Of a stretch of DNA of 64,000 nucleotides, positions 26,054 through 41,000 are shown piece by piece (position 1 is the first letter of the stretch; each line of letters starts with the position of its first letter). This DNA is from Antedon mediterranea (Eukaryota > Animalia > Echinodermata). The position numbers were made by a program, and so were the translations under genes. The notes under the pieces were generated by a model. The model searched no databases. It had not been told where the DNA came from and saw only the letters and a program-made list of their open reading frames with translations. The DNA lies in contig NC_092672.1 in assembly GCF_964355755.1 (NCBI RefSeq), forward strand, positions 8,866,001 through 8,930,000, given 5' to 3'.

Positions 26054-29000
26054 CTGTAATGAAAATGATTTTATATTATAAATTACATTTTAAAAAACTA
26101 ATACAAAGAGACAATTTCACGGACTTAAGCTTTCAGTAAAAGAAAAAAACAGCTTGTTGAAGACACGCAACATTAGTTGAAACAAGGTTTAAAAGTAATT
26201 GTTGTAGGCTCATCTTTGATTACTTTCTCAAACAAATATAGCATTGTCTCAAGAAACCACCAAAAAACTCTTTAAGGTGAAATGGAAAGAATTTAATAAA
26301 ATTACCCAAAATATGGTAGTGGTATGCCTAAATATGGTGGTAGTGATATAACATTACCATGTCCATATATGGGCACTCTTTGATTACTTTCTCAAACAAA
26401 TATAGCATTGTCTCAAGAAACCACCAAAAAACTCTCTAAGGTGAAATGGAAGAATCTAATAAAATTACCCAAAATCTCTAGGCAGCACCGCCTATTTGGT
26501 CAATCATTCTCAATTTCATTAGAATTATTATAAATAATAAATAGCTACCCTTAAGGCTAGATAAATATATAAGTGGTTGTTATCCAATGTTTAAATATTG
26601 TTTTAAAGCTTAAATGTAGTTGAGATTTCTGTATCAAAACTATACCAACAATATTGCTACTGTACAAACAAGTTCACCTATCACAACCTAAACATGACCT
26701 AGTAACTCACTCAAACAATGCACAATCTAATTTCAATATCATTACTATAATGTAATTTCATTCAAACAAACATAATTACTTTAGGTTAATGTTTTTCTGA
26801 ACCATAATAATGCATTCAGAAACTTCATTCTTGATGCTTATGAATTTAGGCTGCAATTAGCCCAGCGTACTCGTTCCTTGTTTTGCATATACACCAAATC
26901 AAAGAAATTCCCTCGAATTAGGCCTAAATAGACATGTGCATGTACATTATGCCCTGGGGTTATTTTTTTATAATTTTGAATGAACTGAGCCTACAAATAT
27001 GTGAATCATTCTTAAACCTCCTTAAATAATAAATGATAGTAAATTTTATTCTATAATAAAAAAAAAAAGCAATTTCACATTCATCAGAATAAAACAAGTT
27101 CAAGTGTGTTTCTCATCTAGATCTACAAAAGAAAAGGCCTTGCCATTCCTACCTCCACCTCAAGGTTTAAAACAAATCAAATTTGTATATAAATATATGT
27201 ATTTAAAAAAAACGGTCTACAGCTTTTTTAGTTTAAACACTCTTGTACAAAATGCCAAAATGTCATATGCATCCAAAAGCAAGTAATTACTACTAATTAT
27301 GCCAATTACAAAATAAACACATTTTTTTAAAGTTTAATATTAAATAAAATATTTACAAATATACTAATGGTTTTTCTGATAAAAAAATTGTCTGGTAGAG
27401 AACAAAAAATATGTTTTATATCAACAAAATAAATAAAAACTCTTTGACTGGAACATATTAGTGGGATGAAAAATAACGTGATTATAAACACTACAACATG
27501 TAAACTGTTTTTGTATTAAATTGAAATAAGTCCAAATATGTGATTTATTGACATAATGTATGTATTTTATTGATTTAATATGCTTTTAGTTTTAATGTAA
27601 TGTTCAATATTTTTGTGTACAACAGAATGTAATGTTATTCATAGCATTGTCTAAATAATGTAAATCGTCTAAAATATTTACAATCAAAACTAAATAAAAT
27701 GTTTATTGAAAACTAAAAAAACAGCACATGCTAATTCAGAACACTTTAACTTTGTTAAATTGATATTATGTAAATATTATAAATTACCGCACAACTCTCA
27801 CTGACATCTATTGTGTGAGACAATAGTTGATTTCTTTAAAACTATTATTAGTTACAAAGCAAAAACAGTTGTTACATTAAGACTATATTTAATCCATTGA
27901 CATTTTCTTTATACCTTTTAATGATTCACACTCATTAGGTAGTTAAAAAAACTATAATATTATTTATAAGAAAAGATTATTTTTAAAACTTATTTCTAGA
28001 TCCATGATGATTATATTGATATTGTGACAGTTCTCCTTTTTAAAACTTTTCCATTTATCAATATTCCTGACTAATCCCTTAAGTTCTGTCTATATTATCA
28101 AACTTTGTGACAAAAAAATGTGATGTGGGCATGATGATGTCATATCACTACCATATTTGGCCATATCACTACCATATTTGGGTACATCATACTTTATTTG
28201 TCACATTATTTTGATAGTGTAGACAGAGCTTTAAAAACTCATCTTTATGTAAGTTTAACAAAATAAAAATGTAATGTAAGTTTTTACTTCCTCATCTTTT
28301 TGGAATTCCACCTCCCTCCTCTCAGCTCTATGGACCTCTCATAATGAAACTTTATTTTTTTATTTAGAAATCGACTTTGAATTTAACCAATTGTGAATGC
28401 ACTGAAATATTGTTGTAAAGGTCTCAAATAAAACCTCACTTTGTGGCATTAAAAATTGTTGGTAAATTACAATTACAACATGGAGTACATGACTCTTCAA
28501 TGACTTTCTTTCTAAACCAAGTTAGTGGTACTGTATTGGCCATCAGGGAAATCTGAAGACTAAATAACCAGATTTTAACCATGAGATGGGTAAAGCAAGT
28601 AGGTCTAAATTGGAGAAAGCTTTTCTTCTTCTTTCTAAGTTTAAAATCTAGTTGAACTAGCATAAGTTTGTGGATTATTAAAACTTTTAATATGTCATTT
28701 TTTTTTTCTATGGATTTAAAGTTAGAAATAAAGAGAAATGAATGAATTAATTTAAATATATTTAATGTTTTATTTACCACTGCAAAGTGTAGTATTTTTT
28801 GAAAGATCATATTCTTCTGAATACATTAACCAATGAGTACATCTTAAATATTATACTTTTCTCCGCTGTGATAATATCCTACAAAACCTCTTATGGTTCA
28901 CTTAAATAATAAAAATATGTTTCCTTCAATTTACTGAAAAGAAAAATCTCGAGAGAATGAATTACATTTCATTTCTGAGTTGAAATATCCCATTTTGATG

Positions 29001-32000
29001 ATTGAACAAAGAGACAAATTGTATCGCGATTTTATGTCAGTCTCATTTTATGATAAATCACCTAACATATAAAAAGAAGACTTTTGTGTTTCAATAAGAT
29101 GAACTCTAAGTATTAAGCTATTTCAAAACTATAATCAATTATTATTTGAAGAGATAAAATGTATTCTTTCCTCTAGTAGTTTAGTCACAAAATTATGGTT
29201 GTTACGTGCTTCTCTTTATATCTCATTTTGAAAATTCTTCTTTAAATCTTTTATGCTGTTTAATAATAGTTCAAAATGTTTACATTCAACAGCCTGAGGG
29301 TATAGTCTGGTATATACTAATGAACTATTAATTTGCTATCGTTAAATCTATTTATCATTTTTCAATATATTAAAAAACTTACTTATATATTAATATTAAT
29401 TACTATCATTAGTAAAGGATAATGGAAAATACATGTGTGATGGAATTTGCATTGCAACTGCAATTTACTTGATGATTATATAATCCAAAAATAGTCTATT
29501 ATAAGAATAAAGATTTTTCTAGTTCAAAAGATAACAAATAAATTCCTTTGTGCTGTGAATGTTGGGTACACAATATTGTGTCATGAGACACCTGCTATCC
29601 ACCTGTCCAACATCCTCCCACAATTCAAAAAAAAAAAGATGCTCATGCACGTCTTATTATGGACTCTGCGATTGCATGATGAAACACCAACATTAACAAA
29701 GCAACAGAGCGTAATAAACGTCTTTGCTTTCAAACTAATCGCCATTGTAAGCTCTTTCCCATAATTGTTTGATTCGGAAATCAGGGTAGTGGTGAAACTA
29801 CCGCAGCATCAAAAGATGTACATGTGTGTTGAGATGTCCATTACGGTCCGTTTCACCTTTGGCGCCGTGTTGTAGAAATGCGTAAAAAGGTCATGGGAAG
29901 TAAACATAACCGAGTATCTCGCGGAATCAATATAAAGTACCTTTGCAGGTCTCCCACAAACTGTACAATAAATCTTGTTCGTTTGTTTCATGTAACAGGT
30001 GCGGATTGGAAACTACAGAATGTATTATGTGAGATACACATGATATGGACATATAAAATAGATGATGGTATGATGATTCAACCAAAAGAGAATTAGTCAA
30101 CATTTGAATTTGCTTCGGTTTATTTAGTTAGCAACTAAAAAAATTAATCAAGGCTTTTAAAAACTTAATTTTACATCTCCCTGAATGAAGGATTTTTCAC
30201 ACATGGTCCATTCAAGCACTAGTTCAGGCGTACAGCATTAGCATCTTTTCGTTTTCATGTTGCGCCGGGTGGAGTGTTCGTACATGTTACTTTACTATAA
30301 ATGTAATAAAGTAATATTTTGTAAAAACATTTTACCTAATCCTTTTCTATTTTTTATTTGAAATAAAATTTAAAATTTAATTTGAAAATGATGTATTTTC
30401 TTAAGAATTGAAATATAATAATACATTGTAATGATAAGTGTCTGCATCTTTATACTTGTTAGTTAATGATTTTAAATGGAATATAATATTCTTTTATTCT
30501 ATTACATTTTTACGAGATACTGCCATATCAGCTTACTAAATCACAAGTATTCACAATATTAAGTTTATGGTATTAATACTTTGTAAAATACATATGAATA
30601 ATATCATAATTCATATTAATAGTGGAAAATATGAATAAAAAACTGTTATCTAACAAGATATAATACCTACCATAGAAAACAAAAAATAATTATAGGAAAA
30701 AAAATAATTTTGTCTATATAAGATACAATCGTCTACAATGCGGCTTGCTGTATATACTGAAATCTATAGTGTTTAGGTAAAAAAAATTCAAAACAATTTT
30801 AAACTACATCGTGATGAAGAAATCTATTTTTTTTTAAAGCTGGCTGTTTACTTTTACATTTTGATTATTTTTTTTTATCTCAATTTAAATTTAAGCACTG
30901 GCATAGTAAAAACAACATATTTTTGCCAAGTTTACTTTATGTTAGTAAGTTTTTTCATGATATTGATAGTGTCCACAAGTTTTATTTTCTTTACAAATAG
31001 CTATTCCAAATATATGCATATATAATATAGCTATTACAAATACATATCTCGGTGTGCTACTCTGGTAGGCACTGCGCTGCTGGCTGTAGTGGGTCGGTAG
31101 AGAGCCTAATCCTAATTTTCTCAGTTTCCGGTAGAGCTTGATGACAATAATAAATACCGTTACCAACAGACCAAGCCTACTGATTTTCTTGCATAAAACA
31201 AAGGAAGTTCGATAAGTTTTTTTATAGAACTATAGGATATCATTTATACTGTCTTTGATAAAAATAATTTTTTAAAAAATCCAATCAAATGACATCATGA
31301 TCAGTAAAAACAATAACATCGTTGTATTGTCACGATATTATTGCTCTTACCAATCATGACGTCATTTGATTGGACGTGTGAAAATATAATTTTCATCAAA
31401 GGCAGCATAGATGGCTATCCTATAGTGCTAGGATGAAAAATTTTAAATTTCTTTTGTTTCAGGTGTGAAAAATGCATATTTATCTATTTATCGTCGATCT
31501 TTATTGTCCTAGTGTAAATGGGCCTTTAAGCTAATGTATTTCTGAGCCCTAAAATTTATTGTTGTCATCTTGTTTTACTTTTAACTATTGTTTCATTTAC
31601 TTTTTAAAACAGAAATAATAAGTTAGTGATAAAGACAAATAATTAATATGCAGAATAATGACAATGATTATGTCACGATATAGAAATGATCATGATGAAA
31701 TGATGTTTTTTCATGATATTGATAGTGTCCACAAGTTTTATTTTCTTTACAAATAGCTATTCCAAATATATGCATATATAATATAGCTATTACAAATACA
31801 TATCTCGGTGTGCTACTCTGGTAGGCACTGCGCTGCTGGCTGTAGTGGGTCGGTAGAGAGCCTAATCCTAATTTTCTCAGTTTCCGGTAGAGCTTGATGA
31901 CAATAATAAATACCGTTACCAACAGACCAAGCCTACTGATTTTCTTGCATAAAACAAAGGAAGTTCGATAAGTTTTTTTATAGAACTATAGGATATCATT

Positions 32001-35000
32001 TATACTGTCTTTGATAAAAATAATTTTTTAAAAAATCCAATCAAATGACATCATGATCAGTAAAAACAATAACATCGTTGTATTGTCACGATATTATTGC
32101 TCTTACCAATCATGACGTCATTTGATTGGACGTGTGAAAATATAATTTTCATCAAAGGCAGCATAGATGGCTATCCTATAGTGCTAGGATGAAAAATTTT
32201 AAATTTCTTTTGTTTCAGGTGTGAAAAATGCATATTTATCTATTTATCGTCGATCTTTATTGTCCTAGTGTAAATGGGCCTTTAAGCTAATGTATTTCTG
32301 AGCCCTAAAATTTATTGTTGTCATCTTGTTTTACTTTTAACTATTGTTTCATTTACTTTTTAAAACAGAAATAATAAGTTAGTGATAAAGACAAATAATT
32401 AATATGCAGAATAATGACAATGATTATGTCACGATATAGAAATGATCATGATGAAATGATGTTTATTGATTACAGTAACTGTTAAAAAAGAAGTTCATTG
32501 TCATTATTCTGTCGACTTACATTTGATAAATGTTCCCAGATCAATGCAGTCAACATATTTGCCCGTTTCCACATACTTGCTAAACTTGACCTCATTAACC
32601 ATATCTTCTACTTCTTGTTCGGAGGGATACAATCCCATTGCTCGCATGACAAATGGAACTTCTGACAACGGAATTTCTGTAGACACCACACGTGTATCCA
32701 TTGTGTCGATCCCTTGACTATAATGATACAAAAATTCTTTTTAAAATAAAGTAGAAAAAACCAAACACGCTGTTTTCCTTCAATTAAAAGAAACAATAAT
32801 AAAATTATCCTGCCTTCTGATATTACGGTTATTGAATGTTTAGTTTAAAATACCGTTTTATTATATTAGGAAGTTGTTTTCTAGGGCTTTGTACATTGTT
32901 ACAGCGGTGATAATAATGTATATTTTAATTAGGCTTCATTTTATTATACAATACAATTGTTGGTAGGCCTACAATTTAGAACACAGATTTAAGTATGAAT
33001 GCAAAATCTTCCCTGCAAGCTTTATGCCCATCCCTCAAGCTTGTGAAATAATTAAGTAATACTATACATAAATAGTTTTATGGTATTAAATACATTTTTT
33101 TAAATCATTATTTTAAAATCTAGTAAAAAAGGCATATTATACAAACATACATACTACTCCTTCATGTACATTTCTTAATTTTATCTTGAAGTAATGTAGG
33201 TGGATTTCAAATAAAATATCTATTTCAATCTATAGGTAAAATAATACTCTTTTCTTTTTTTACATCATATTTTAAATGTTTTATTTAGACTGTATATTAT
33301 CCATAGTCTGGCTTTGCAACTGTTTCAAGTTTTAGTATAACATATGATAAATATATATTAAATGCTTCCACAATAAAGCAAACCATGTTCTAATAGTAGC
33401 CAAGAATTTGTGTAAAAGCCAGTATTTTCCCGTAGGACCAATAATATATATATTTATATGAAAATAAACAGAATATTGAGGTCAGAGTTATTTGGAGGTT
33501 TTATTTTTTGAGACTGTAAAATATTTTAGAAGATCAAAAAAAAATAACCAATATGATTCGTGTTATAAATATGATTATTTTTAATTTTTAATACCGATGG
33601 AATAATAAGAGTAGTGAAATTTATTAACTAAATCTTAAAAATTGTTTTTTAATTTATTAAAAAATCAATTGATTATAAAAATATGTTTGTGTAGGTAGGA
33701 GGAGGGATGATGTTTATATTAACGAGAAATATGGATTTCAATTCTTTTGTATTAATAATCATGGTATTATAAATTCAAGTATAAAAACATCATAAACATT
33801 ATTACGTACAGATAAAAATATGGATACTCTCTTAAACAGCTTATTTATACAACAAATTCTTAATATTGTATTGCAGGAAAATAATAGAATCGCCAAGTCC
33901 TATTATTTATATTATTTTTGTCTTATATTATCATCTATTGAAATGGAAATTAAATTGTTTTTTGTTTTACTGTAAAATAGTAAGGTTTAAACATAAAAAA
34001 TTATTGCCGATTTCAAAGAAAACCGCTATTTACTTAAATAACAGCCACTCTGAAATACATTTCAGAAATCAATATACATAAACAGCTCTATGGATATCTC
34101 TTTCACTTCATCCAGTCAGTGTACTTTTTCTTTTTGGTAATCAGCTTTGTAAAAACAGTTTCTTTGGGTAATAATAATGACAGGACTTATTTTTATAAAT
34201 AATTAAAACAAAACTGACCATAATAAGATCTAAAGCGCATCAATGTACTCAAGGGACTTGTGGAAAACCAAAAAAACTAATCAATCAATCTAAAAAACTA
34301 CCAAATTAAGACAAAAACCCATATAACTGCATTTCGTTTACCAGCAATTTTAGGTGCAAAGACCAGCAAGTACATAACTCACAGGTGTTCTAAGACATGA
34401 GCATCAATTAGACAAAATATCTAAAATCTAAATACCATTTAAATACACTGTACAATACAATGTTTTACATAGGCTGTGGATGTACTGTAGGCCTATATAC
34501 TGTGTATAAATAAAATACACGGACAACAACAACTTCACATTGCAGTATAAAGTTATAATTAACCTTTCTAACTAACTTACTAATTAAGTAAATGAGAAAT
34601 TGATATAACTTGCAACATTCCAACACGTACCAATACATTTTTAAAATAACAAGTCAATTGCAATGAGAAATGAATTACTCCAAACGAAGATGTAAAAGTA
34701 CCAATTAATCTACCAACTAATTTTCGGACAAACTAATTAAAAAATGATTAACTACACTCATAAATTAATTAATTAAACTAATAACCTTTCGACACTATCA
34801 AATAAGAGATTTATTTTGTCTTTTAAAAACATGAAAAATTTTTCAATTGGTCAAAGTGAATCAATATTATGCGACATTAAAATGAAATACTGAAAAAAAC
34901 AAAAACAAAAATTTCAGAAGGACTATCTTTAATATTGGGTGATCTCTTACAAGATTGTTTACTAGAGGGCCTAGTACAGGATCATGTTCTGCATGCCCGG

Positions 35001-38000
35001 GGAGACAACACTCTACTCTTTTCAACTAGTGTACCAAGTTCTTTAACATACATGTGTATGTAGACAAGATTAGGGATTAATATTGCATTGAAGGATGAGG
35101 CAATGAGAATAAATATTATCTTGCCGGAAAATGGCATAAACCTATGCCCCTCAGATGCATCAGAGATCATTACAACATACCGCTCTCTCAAATACTTTTT
35201 TATTCCAAATGGCAACATTTTTTGTGTTAAAGTATAACAAAATAGTGGACTACTGTATACAGTACCTTCTTAACTGAGCATAGTAGAAGTAGTTCTCTAG
35301 CTCTCTGAACAGTACACCATCTCGACCTCCCTCTAGTAGTCCATAGAATGGTATTAGATCATCTCCACCAAGCCTGGCAACTGCTTCAAGAGCTCTGAAA
35401 AGATTTCAATGCAGTAATTCTTATCTGTAAAGTTATTCTCCAACCAAGTCAGAAAAACTTAACAATATGCCTATGTTTCCCTGTTAATAAACAAATTAAA
35501 AAAATCAATGAAATTTTGTGTTTTTCATAGTTGTTGTGGTTCACCAGTAATAGTATTACATGTACACAAGTTTGAAAGAAAGTGTGATGTGGCCAAATAT
35601 GGTAGTGATATGACATCATCGTGTACATAAATGGGTACATCACATTTTTCCCACATAAAGTTTGATAGTGCCAAACCCTTCTCATATTAATAAATATAGT
35701 TTTAAAAATAACAATTTAAAATAAAATTAGTGAGTTTAATTGGGTCACAGACACAAAAGTGTCACTATAATTTAAGACTGAGTTACTCAACTCTGACACA
35801 AATAGGAGAAACAAAACCAGTTTAAAATAATAATAATATAATTAATATTACACAATCAAGCAGAGAATGTATCCATACGAGTTGTACACAGCAACATATA
35901 AACAAATTTGATTACAATTTCTTACAGAGCCATATTAATGAATAGTTTTAACAAAGGGTACATTAACTCCTCATAGACACACATCATTAGTTTCTGTCAT
36001 TTGGAATCAGTGGACAATTTGCATATACATGCAGTTTCTACATTGTCACAAGAACAACACATACATTATCACAGCCTATGCAAGAATGCCTCTATCATAG
36101 GCCTATAATTTCAGCAAACACATTAAAAAGGATAAAGCAATAGGTTAATTTTAGCAGTTTATTTTACAATTTAGGCTTGGGTAAAACAATTTTCTAAAAC
36201 ACACAGGCCTATTGTAAATTTTCTTCTGCTAAATAAGTTTGTACAGTACACCGGGATAATCATTCAAAAAGTTAATGATGTATGATTATGAAACATTCAA
36301 CCTTTATGATGATCAAATGAAGGAACATTGAATGATGTTTTGCCTTTAATTACTTGGAGATATTTGATCATATGTCAGCAATGTTAACGTCATTTAACTT
36401 CTCAATTAACTACCAAATTGAAAGTTGAAATGAAAAAAACAGAACATTTGTTAAATTAAGCAATAGATTCAGGTCAACAGTGCAATTGGGTTAAGCTGAT
36501 CTCTTTTTCATAGCGATAGCTACCAACATGATGTTGTTAGTAATAAATGTTAACAGAATTTTATCACATGATGGCATTATAAAATATCATCATTAACTGT
36601 CCAAACGGGTACATTTTTGTTAGGCTTTTAAACAATTTTGTTTAACAATCTTTACCATCAAAAGTAAATATTTTCATCTTTTTTCACATACATATAAATT
36701 GATAGGATTACTACCTTAATTGACAAGAATCATAGAGTTCAACCAAAATATGTTGTGGGAGGACAGTAGGCTCTAGGGTGAAGAAATGAGTTACCTCAGG
36801 GCAGAACATATAAACCCTGGGGTAAAAAAGCAGTCCCCAAGGCCAGATTAACCAGACTATAGGCATAGTAATTGTGTCTGCGAGTTATTGCGATTGAAAA
36901 GCATCTTAAAATGCATAGGCATGTGCTAGGCTAGCTTCTAAAGGGGATTGCATAGCTGGATGTGAATACTTAATGATAGTGTACATGGTTTTAGTAATAT
37001 AAAAGTTAATGCACTTGACATAGATTCGTACAACCGCAGGCTAGATAGGTACAAGATGTCACGACTTCTTAATGAGTACAGCTTAGTTTAAGTATACATG
37101 CTCAACAAAATTGTAAATGAAAGAAAACAATGTAAACACGTACCATACATGTAACAAGTTAGTGTTTAAAAAGGCATGCAAGAATCTACTATTGTTTTTT
37201 GAAAGGTTTAATGTTATCAATCATAAAGTACTGCTTCATTTCATACTTAGTGAAACGTTTATAAACTGTAATATGGCCATGTACTTAAGGGTTGCTTTCA
37301 AATTTACGATTTGTTGTTGACACATGGTGCAAACCATGATTTTGAAATGTAACAGAACTATGCTTTTTGAAACTTTAACTAAAAATTAAATTTAACACCT
37401 ATTTAATGTTTGAGTTTGATCCCGTCTCAGTCCGCACATTTCATAACATTTTCCACCATTATAAATATCTGTTATCATTATTATTATTATTATACAGTAG
37501 CAATTTTATGTCAACATCATGATGAGTTTTATACTTACTGAACGTTGACGTTCCACATGTGAACAACTGCATCCGTACCACCAGCTGTGAACACATGCCT
37601 ACCATCATTGCTACTCGCTAGGTTCACAACCTATAGATATAAAATATAAGCAAATTACTAAGTTTCATTGAACATGATTTATAACAAAAATATTCTTTTT
37701 ATTTGTATGGTGTTTAAAACAAAAACAGTTTTTTTAAAATAATATTTATATATAATTTTATTTGTATAACAAATTCATATCATAATAATCAGAGATGTGT
37801 CTGTTAATATTGTGCAATCAATTTATTACTTCTACCACCCTACACCACTACTCACTCCAAGATTAACCACCGGCAAAGGCTCCTGCACCCCCACCCCCAC
37901 CACACACATACACAACTTGATTTACAATGCTTTTACTACATTACAATTTATAAAGCTTTTCTCCGTCGATTTTCATCTAAAAATTTGAATTAATTTCATG

Positions 38001-41000
38001 CACAGGTTTCAGTAACAACAAAAATATTACGTACGCCTCCAGGATGTGAAATGAGGGCCATTGTGTTGTGTGGGTTTCCATCAAGTGGCATGATGCTTAA
38101 GCCGATTTTATCTTTAGTGATGAAAGTCATGTATCTCCTACTACTCAATGGGTCATCGCTGGGTAACACAATCATTCTGAAAAACAAACACAAATAATAA
38201 TAATATAAATAAAAATAATAATAAATATTTTAAAGACAGAATTAACAAAAAGTGAAAATCAATTTAAATAAAAGGAAAAAATGTCATGACGAAATCATGT
38301 TATAGGTAGTGGTTCTGAAAATACATTTTAAAAAATGAGAGAAAGAGATTGAACTAAGGAAGATCACATTGGTCTGTTAAAACTAAGCCAAAAATTATTT
38401 CAAATAACATTTAAAAATACATCAAATATGGAACAGAAAATAATGGATAGAAGTCTGATGTAAAGAGAAAGAGATTTGAAACAAGGAAGCATACTGTACT
38501 TCACACATGGGACAGAAAATATTACTTTAAAACGTGAATAGAACACTGATGTACCTAAAATGTTTCAGAATGTAACAATCACATGCAATGTAATTTCCCA
38601 AAAGATTACATACAAGTGAAATATAACGGACGTATTGTTTGCAGAACACAGAACCAATGTACACTAACTCTGATATGTGGAAAGTAATATAATTCTGATA
38701 GCAAAAAAGGTGTCAAAGTGTCAAAAAACAGATCAACGGTAACTTACTTCTGAAGTGAACTTCCATAGGTTGGACTAAGTAGTGTCTTTCTGCACATCTT
38801 GGTTGTGGAATTGTATAATTTGAACTTAAACTATTTATGAAAAAAGAATTGTATTTGTTGTTTTAATGTTGGCTTAACATTATTATTTTTCTGTTACCAC
38901 TTCATTATCATTATCTTACCATAATAATCATCAACTTTAGTATCAATTACCATCAATATCATCAATATGTTCAAATTAATCTAATAATCCGTTAAACCCT
39001 AATTTACCATCATATAACCAAAAGTACCCAATAGTGCAAGTCAGATATTAATGGAACAAACTTTATTAACACCATGAATGTTAGTTTTCGCACATTTCAA
39101 AGTACATCAATACACCATTTGACACTTACCTGATCGTTTGCAGTAACAAGAAATTGCTCCTTTGTAATTGGTGGATACCATTCAATGCATTGTGGGATTG
39201 CACTCTGTTCGATTCGATCTAAGCTCAGAAGTTTTAGGTTATCGACAGAACTCTTTAATAAATCGTATTCAACCTAAATTTAAAAAGAAAACCATTTTCA
39301 TAAAGATATGGATTTTTGATAGAAAATAATTCATTACATTACAATAAATAAATAATTGAAAACAAGGATATCATTAAAGAGTATGATTAATAGCAATGTA
39401 TCCTTTTCGGAAATTATTGTCAAAGGCTCTTTCTCATAATATACAGTAAAATTAGAAAGTATAAATTCTTCACTGCACCGTAACCCTGACTCAAATATTT
39501 TCAAATTGAATTACTTGAATACATTGAACAATGTATAATTATTTTTAAGAAGTTTTAAATTCAGAAAAACAACTTTATTTTCTTATTTGTTAGTAATTCG
39601 GCGTTTCAAACAATATTTTGTTTTGAAATACATAAAGCAGGCTTACAGTTCTACTAATGGTAGAATATTACAGGAATGTAGAGATTTGTGAAATAAAATA
39701 AAGATCTTTAGTGAATAGATTGAACACTGTCATGCATAAATATTTATGATCTGGAACAGGAAAATCAAGAGTTTAAATTCAATGACGTAACAAATGAAGA
39801 ACCATCATTATAATGTCTAATAATGATGACTTCCACCTAATAACCACCTAAAAAAGCAAAACAAATATATCCATACACTCCATCATTAATATAGTACCAC
39901 TTTTCTAAAGTCTAAATTTAACTCATTCAAACAATACTAATTTAATCAGAATCGTTTCCAATTAGTTTTTTCGCCAATCACGGCAACTTCAAATACGGTA
40001 AGAAACGTTCACCGAGCGGAAGTATCTGCCTAGCTCGATAAAATTATTTGCAAATGACGGTACTCCCTATATACGCAATGTAACATAAATAACAGCAGTT
40101 ACTAACATGAATAAGGCATCATCTTTCTTCATTATTCTCCAGCCTCACTTTTGTGTAAACATCATGCAGAGCTAATGCAATTGATCTAATAAGCAAGTCC
40201 CCAACCTGTGGCTTTATCGATTGGAAGGAAAGCCAGGCTATTAATGTTGGTGTGATTTACCTGCTAGGATATTGACGACCCCTCCCACATGCCATATTTA
40301 GTTACAGGACTTAAGCATGAATAAACATCTCAAATATCACAGTCTGAAACAAATCAATTATGTAGATATGTGGAACATATTTACAAATACAAAAACTAAA
40401 GAAAGAAACTGTTGCTAAATGGTAAAGTTAAATAATTAGTTTGGTTTCCATGGTTGGTAGTTTAAACTTCATACAAAACTACTAAACAATTTCTAAAAAC
40501 ATTTTATCTTCAACACAAACAATGAACGTCTTGCGACATAGCACATAGACTTCTCCAACCTGAGAAATTATTAGCCAAAGTGTGCATAGACTTATTTATT
40601 TTTCTTTTCATATCATTTTCTATAATTTTTATCCATGTGGTTTTCGGTAGTCCACTTCTGTCTCCTAACTTTTCTAATATATAGAATCCGAGTCTTGACA
40701 AAGAAGGTGTCCGCACCATGTCAAGCGTCTTCTCTTTATCACTCTTCTCCACTTTTCCTAGTTTGTGCATATAAATCTATGATTGTCACTATATCTATCT
40801 GTATTATCCATCCAAACATAATGTTGAAATAGAAAAAATTAATCTGAATGAGAAGAATGTCATGGATGCTTCAAAAGATTGAGCCCAAATGTTAAAATCA
40901 GGACCAAAATTATTGAAATCATCGAAAAAATAAAAAGTTATTCAAAAATACTCTGCACTGATGTAATTATTATATGACCAAATTTTCAGATTAAAACACT

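Noticed and set aside
28436-28810. 124-aa minus-strand ORF in the CFAP251 intron, and similar 60-110 aa AT-rich ORFs
   Set aside because: Composition is that of random AT-rich DNA (rich in F, I, K, L), with no recognisable homology or splice support. The CFAP251 frame is complete without them.
30942-31922. Duplicated 74/84-aa ORFs as a small gene pair
   Set aside because: By-product of the 756-bp duplication, with non-ATG starts and no recognisable motif.
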